Shown here in pieces: positions 60,025-64,000 of a stretch of 64,000 nt of DNA. The notes beneath the pieces were generated by a model. That model searched no databases. It was not told where the DNA came from and worked only from the letters and a program-made list of their open reading frames with translations. The stretch spans positions 239,507-303,506 of the forward strand of contig JAHFNS010000001.1 in NCBI GenBank assembly GCA_023267215.1. Direction: 5' to 3'. A program made the position numbers and the translations under genes. This DNA is from Candidatus Nomurabacteria bacterium. GTDB taxonomy: Bacteria; Patescibacteriota; Minisyncoccia; Phycocordibacterales; UBA9973. Position 1 is the stretch's first letter. Every line of letters starts with the position of its first letter.

Positions 60025-60399
60025 CTATAGTAAGGCAATAAGATTAATCAAGATAAAAAATCCTATAGAAACTCCTACCGCAATGTATATTTTTTTCTTG
60101 AAATTACCACTTTTTTCCTCTTCCTTTTTACTTTTTGAAACAACTTCTTCTATTTCTTCTTTGGACATACTCTCATTCATGATCTTTTGAGCTCTTGGAG
60201 AATCTGCAGGGATAAGGTTTGGATTTTTACACTTAGGACAAACTGTATGCCTTGAGGAAGAACGCCAAGCTGAATAAATTAGACCCGGGATGATAAGTAA
60301 ACACCAAAGAAATATTTCAACCAACATACTTCCTTTAATAGCACCTTCTGCTTTTCCTACGTAACCACACTGAGTACAAACTAATATTTTTGACGACAT
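60025..60399 (-). CDS. Hypothetical zinc-ribbon membrane protein
   Basis: CTQCGY...CPKCKN zinc ribbon around one TM helix, plus a C-terminal TM. Confidence 0.35.
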   Translation of the reverse strand: MSSKILVCTQCGYVGKAEGAIKGSMLVEIFLWCLLIIPGLIYSAWRSSSRHTVCPKCKNPNLIPADSPRAQKIMNESMSKEEIEEVVSKSKKEEEKSGNFKKKIYIAVGVSIGFFILINLIALL

Positions 60400-60505
60400 A
60401 AATTATTTTGTTAATTATTAATAATGGTCGTGCCATCCTAGCTTAAACAAAAGGGTTTGTGTAGCTAGGTTACCAACAGTCTAAAATATCAAGCCCTTCA
60501 AGCCT

Positions 60506-61105
60506 TTATTCCTCATTTTCCAGCCTTTTCCTACGTTCATCTAATGTCTCGTCCTCATACATCCAATACAAAGTACCAGCCACGCTTTGCTTATATCCGA
60601 GCAGTTCCCGAGCAGATTCAGACAAGCTAGTTACTTTTCCTTTGAATTCTATTTTATTATTTTCCAAAACTTTGGCACTAATGGAATTATCTCTGGAATA
60701 TACAATCGTTGAACCAATAGGTACTTCGTATTTAACAAAATCAAATTTTGCTCTTTTTTCTTTTACTTCTTCTATCTCGTTTTGCTCCTCTTTTGTAACA
60801 TTTAAAAATTCTTTTGGAGTAATATCTTTTTTCTGAACTCGGCGAATAGCCGCAACAACACGCTCAGGATCAATTTTGAAAAATTCTCTTTCATCACGAA
60901 CTCGTCTATCAGAAAAAATAGAGTGAAGCCAAGTCTCTTCTGCTCGGGCATTATCTACTTCGCAAGCATAATAGCATTCAAAAGGTAGTGGAATATTTGT
61001 TCTGTCTAATTGCCTCATTCTTTCAAGAAGAGAATTATTCGTCATGCCGATTTTTACATATCCAGGCATCGCTTCGTTTGTTAAAATATAGACAATTTCA
61101 CTCAT
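60506..61105 (-). CDS. T5orf172 / GIY-YIG-like domain protein
   Basis: N-terminal IVYILTNEAMPGYVKIGMTNNSLLERMRQLDRT matches the T5orf172 / GIY-YIG-like signature. Confidence 0.5.
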   Translation of the reverse strand: MSEIVYILTNEAMPGYVKIGMTNNSLLERMRQLDRTNIPLPFECYYACEVDNARAEETWLHSIFSDRRVRDEREFFKIDPERVVAAIRRVQKKDITPKEFLNVTKEEQNEIEEVKEKRAKFDFVKYEVPIGSTIVYSRDNSISAKVLENNKIEFKGKVTSLSESARELLGYKQSVAGTLYWMYEDETLDERRKRLENEE

Positions 61106-61140
61106 AATATTTTATTAAATTAATAATTAGGCAAACAAAA

Positions 61141-61252
61141 AGCCCACCACTTAGGTGAAGGCTTTCGCCTTCCATACCGGTTTCCCGATACGGTCTGTCA
61201 GACAACCCCAAATGATGGGTTTTTTATGTCTGACAGAACTTCATTCACCATG
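61141..61252 (+). other. GC-rich structured intergenic element with embedded intrinsic terminator (candidate small RNA)
   Basis: Hairpins GGTGAAGGCTTTCGCCTTCCA and ACCGGTTTCCCGATACGGT. A 10-bp stem TCTGTCAGAC/GTCTGACAGA encloses AACCCCAAATGATGGGGTTTTTT. Confidence 0.3.
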
Positions 61253-61359
61253 CCTTTATTTCTAAAGGTTTAGGCTACTTTTAATATATTTAATTGTGTT
61301 TACATCATAACGCATAAAAGCCCTTTTGTTAAGGGGAGCATGATCAAATCAACCAGTAT

Positions 61360-62115
61360 TTATTTATGAGTTTTAAAATAATTAACAAAACCACTTTTAA
61401 AAATACTTTCAATAAATTCAAAATTTATAGGTGAGTTAAAAATATAATTTTTTGATATTCTACTTAACATTGAGGATGCTATTGATTTTGAATCTAAAAA
61501 TACGTCAATAACTTTTGCTTTATGTATAAAAGAATTTCTAATTATTATTAAGCATTCAGAAAACTCATCTACATTTTTTATTTCTCTGAACTTTTCATCT
61601 CCACTTTTTTTAATCTTGAAGTGATTAAAGAGTGTTTGTCTTTGTCTCTCGCTCAAGTTTTCCCTCAAAAAAATTCTCATTTTTTCACTGCTTCCGTATT
61701 TATTTTTCCATTCTGTTTGAAGTTCTTTTAATATTTTTTCACTATCTCCATTAAATTCTTTTGTTTTTTCTTTAAGTCGTTTTGTATTAAGCCATGTAAA
61801 AAAATCTTGATATTCATCTTCCTCATATAAAGATTCTATGACGGAAAAGGAAACAATAATTTTTTGAGTTTGTTTATATGCCATTTTGGGTTTATTTCCC
61901 ATGATGTACCAAAATGCACTAAGCCAGATAAACTTATTTTTATTGTCTGGATTTAACGATGCAACAAATTCATTGAATTCCTTTCTGTCTTTAAAGTTTT
62001 CAGCTAAGAGTTTCCAAGAAAACTTTATCCAAATTCTATGTTGCTTATCTCTTAGTTCTTGCCTAATTTTATCTGCACTCTTAATCATTGATTTTTTATT
62101 ATTTTGTTTGGTCAT
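61360..62115 (-). CDS. Hypothetical protein (251 aa)
   Basis: No recognisable motif. Overlaps the stop of the upstream 517-aa gene by 4 bp. Confidence 0.35.
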   Translation of the reverse strand: MTKQNNKKSMIKSADKIRQELRDKQHRIWIKFSWKLLAENFKDRKEFNEFVASLNPDNKNKFIWLSAFWYIMGNKPKMAYKQTQKIIVSFSVIESLYEEDEYQDFFTWLNTKRLKEKTKEFNGDSEKILKELQTEWKNKYGSSEKMRIFLRENLSERQRQTLFNHFKIKKSGDEKFREIKNVDEFSECLIIIRNSFIHKAKVIDVFLDSKSIASSMLSRISKNYIFNSPINFEFIESIFKSGFVNYFKTHK

Positions 62116-63665
62116 TTTTGTCTACGTTCTTTTGCCATCATCGCCCGACGCTGGTGACGATTCATATTAGAAAATTCCTCTTTTTTGTGTTCTGAAACTG
62201 CAGGGTATTCCTCAACATGCCTATGTTCGAGGTTTATATTTTCTTCTTTCAATATATCAAGATCTTTTAAATCAGCTGCCAAATCAGCTTCTAGCTCGGG
62301 TGTCCATTCTGGAGGTTGTTCCGCAAAAACCATATCTTCAGATGACCCATTTAGTGCTCTTGGGTTTTCCATTGGTTCGGTTGCAACTCCGACAATTGTT
62401 TTTATATTTGGATATTTTTTTAACAATCCCAAACAATAAACTAAAAGCATGTCTGAACGCACCTTGCGATATTTTTCGTAACCTCCTTTCATTTCTCTGC
62501 TTGGGTGCTCCAATGTCATAAAGACGTAGCCAATTTTATCTTCTGGTCTTTCGGGCAATGGCAACATCGATCGAAATCTTCTATTTATTTTACGCTCCAC
62601 AGATGGAGTTTTTTCTTCGAGTACTTCAATAATTCCTTTGCCGAGCATACGGCGATGGAGTCTTGGTTCATTAGCCATAATACTAACACCAATTTCGTAT
62701 TTAGATACATCAAGTGGTTTTCCGTCTGGAACTATCGTAGTTCCTGCTAATAAATGATTAGTGAAAGCTTCAATCAAGCGATCCCAAATATAAGAGTTTT
62801 CATCTGCTTCCTTTTTTCTTTTATATTGAGAACTCTTTAACATTTCAGTATATCCTCCGTCTATGGCCAAATGATCTCGAGCTTCCCAAGGGCGACCATC
62901 TGGATGTGGAAATCCATGTATGTTTTCAGTTCCAGTCAAATGCTCTAGGTAATAAGCTAGTAAATCTTCTTCTCCACTAGCAAGACCTAGATATCCTGAT
63001 CTGATGAATTTCTCTTTTTTTTCTAGATAGTCTGTAAAATCGGTGATGGTATCTAGTTCCCGCATAACAACATCAAAAGCAAGATCATCCATAACATGAA
63101 TAAATGATCCATCAGGATCTACGTCACCAACTCGAAAAGGAAAAAAATCAGGAGAAGATGAATCGAAATGTTTGCCACCTTTTATATTCGGTTGAATCAT
63201 AAAACTACCACTATCGCCATTAAAAAATTCACTACTTGCTTTATAGGCACCTCGTGCAATAGCTATCGCTTTTATTTTTCTTTTTTCAATTGTTGGAAGT
63301 TCAATGGGAAGTCTTTGAGTACAAGCAGGGTCAATAAAAATACGATCTGGATGTTCATTTATCCATCTTTCAGCACCTCTTATTTGTTTAACCGATTTTT
63401 GTACTGCTCTTTTGTACCAACGAACCCAAGCGACATTAGTATCTTTATCTTCCGACCATCCATTTTCCTTATCACTAAAAATTATAATGTGTTTTCCACA
63501 CACAACAAGTAAATCACACAGTTCTTTTCCTGTTCTGTGTCCATTAACAATTTCATCTCTATAAACATTAGGATATGCCCATAGATTAAGAAAGGTGCGA
63601 TCGGCTAGTTTGGCTAGATATCTTTCAGACTTAGTTGTTCCTGAACTTCGAGTAATTTTAGTCAT
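62112..63665 (-). CDS. Hypothetical protein (517 aa), possible N-terminal nuclease-related (NERD/PD-(D/E)xK-like) region
   Basis: N-terminal SERYLAKLADRTFLNLWAYPNVY...GKELCDLLVVCGKHIIIFSDKENGW is loosely NERD-like. Confidence 0.35.
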   Translation of the reverse strand: MTKITRSSGTTKSERYLAKLADRTFLNLWAYPNVYRDEIVNGHRTGKELCDLLVVCGKHIIIFSDKENGWSEDKDTNVAWVRWYKRAVQKSVKQIRGAERWINEHPDRIFIDPACTQRLPIELPTIEKRKIKAIAIARGAYKASSEFFNGDSGSFMIQPNIKGGKHFDSSSPDFFPFRVGDVDPDGSFIHVMDDLAFDVVMRELDTITDFTDYLEKKEKFIRSGYLGLASGEEDLLAYYLEHLTGTENIHGFPHPDGRPWEARDHLAIDGGYTEMLKSSQYKRKKEADENSYIWDRLIEAFTNHLLAGTTIVPDGKPLDVSKYEIGVSIMANEPRLHRRMLGKGIIEVLEEKTPSVERKINRRFRSMLPLPERPEDKIGYVFMTLEHPSREMKGGYEKYRKVRSDMLLVYCLGLLKKYPNIKTIVGVATEPMENPRALNGSSEDMVFAEQPPEWTPELEADLAADLKDLDILKEENINLEHRHVEEYPAVSEHKKEEFSNMNRHQRRAMMAKERRQK

Positions 63666-63695
63666 GTAGCCTTAGTTATCATTTCATACAAATAA

Positions 63696-64000
63696 CTATA
63701 GATCTTTAACCTTAGTAAGAATTTCTTCAATGTTTTTATTGTGTACCAAGAAAAAGTGCAATTTGCCTTTACCTAGTTTCTCCCAAATTTTTGCGATAAT
63801 TTCTTTATATTTAGTATCTTCATTGCTTACTCTATCTTCTCCCTTCCATTCCAACGCAACTAGATTTCCTTTTTTAGTAACAGCAACAAAGTCAGGATAA
63901 AACTTTCCTTTTTTCCAACCTTGTATATAGAACGGATCGACTTTCTCACGATTACGTACCCAGAATTCTATATTCTCTAAAGTACCGAGATCTATACGAT
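63696..64000 (-). CDS. C-terminal fragment of a PD-(D/E)xK restriction-endonuclease-like protein (runs off the window)
   Basis: The minus-strand frame ends ...QGWKKGKFYPDFVAVTKKGNLVALEWKGEDRVSNED...*. YPDF(x12)LEWK matches the PD...(D/E)xK nuclease core. Confidence 0.45.
   Translation of the reverse strand, partial: RIDLGTLENIEFWVRNREKVDPFYIQGWKKGKFYPDFVAVTKKGNLVALEWKGEDRVSNEDTKYKEIIAKIWEKLGKGKLHFFLVHNKNIEEILTKVKDL

Larger units (their letters stand above)
46240..64000. mobile_element. Accessory / defense island with decayed genes, a Hachiman-like operon, a phage-derived methyltransferase-terminase module and nuclease genes
   Basis: Gene content changes abruptly after ndh. It begins with a pseudogene and a gene remnant, then defense and phage genes, and GC-rich noncoding blocks. 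No integrase or att site is visible within the window. Confidence 0.45.

Overview
This 64-kb window comes from a low-GC bacterial genome, about 30-35% GC by eye. The gene content looks like a CPR/Patescibacteria-type organism. That is an inference from several TrbC/VirB2-like pilin genes, many tiny membrane proteins, a minimal metabolism, an isolated 16S rRNA gene with an internal insertion, and few obvious Shine-Dalgarno sites.

The first ~46 kb is mostly core genome. It holds gyrA, rpsA, murC-murD-murE, secA and ddl, then a 16S rRNA gene at about 20980-22600 on the minus strand with an rRNA promoter. Further along are secG, an RNase J gene, htrA, a cobalamin riboswitch driving two transcobalamin-like (DUF4430 / alpha-toroid) surface proteins, a disulfide-bond cluster (DsbB, thioredoxin, CcdA), the oxidative pentose-phosphate operon (zwf-gnd-pgl) and an NDH-2 gene.

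Superimposed on this are three repeat signals. An IS200-like REP-associated tyrosine transposase (RAYT) is flanked by three copies of a REP hairpin. A separate GC-rich compound palindrome family (CACCTCACCCC...CCCCTCTCC...GGAGAGGGG...GGGGTGAGGTG) has at least six copies, one of them inside the 16S V7 region and two bracketing a DUF559 endonuclease gene. A 51-bp perfect hairpin sits in-frame inside murE.

The last ~18 kb, from about 46.2 kb to the window end, looks like an accessory or defense island. It starts with decayed genes: a GNAT gene with an in-frame TAA and an alpha/beta-hydrolase remnant. It has a GC-rich block that may be a structured RNA. It has a five-gene minus-strand operon in which a Hachiman-like pair (a HamA-like DUF1837 protein plus a HamB-like SF2 helicase) is followed by three unknown genes: a UDG-fold-like protein, a double zinc-ribbon protein and a small protein. 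That trio is the best candidate here for an undescribed system. Next come a phage-derived module (a ParB-methyltransferase fusion, a second beta-class methyltransferase, and small and large terminase subunits), a T5orf172/GIY-YIG-like gene, and a three-gene nuclease-containing operon that runs off the window edge. I found no tRNA genes and no CRISPR array.
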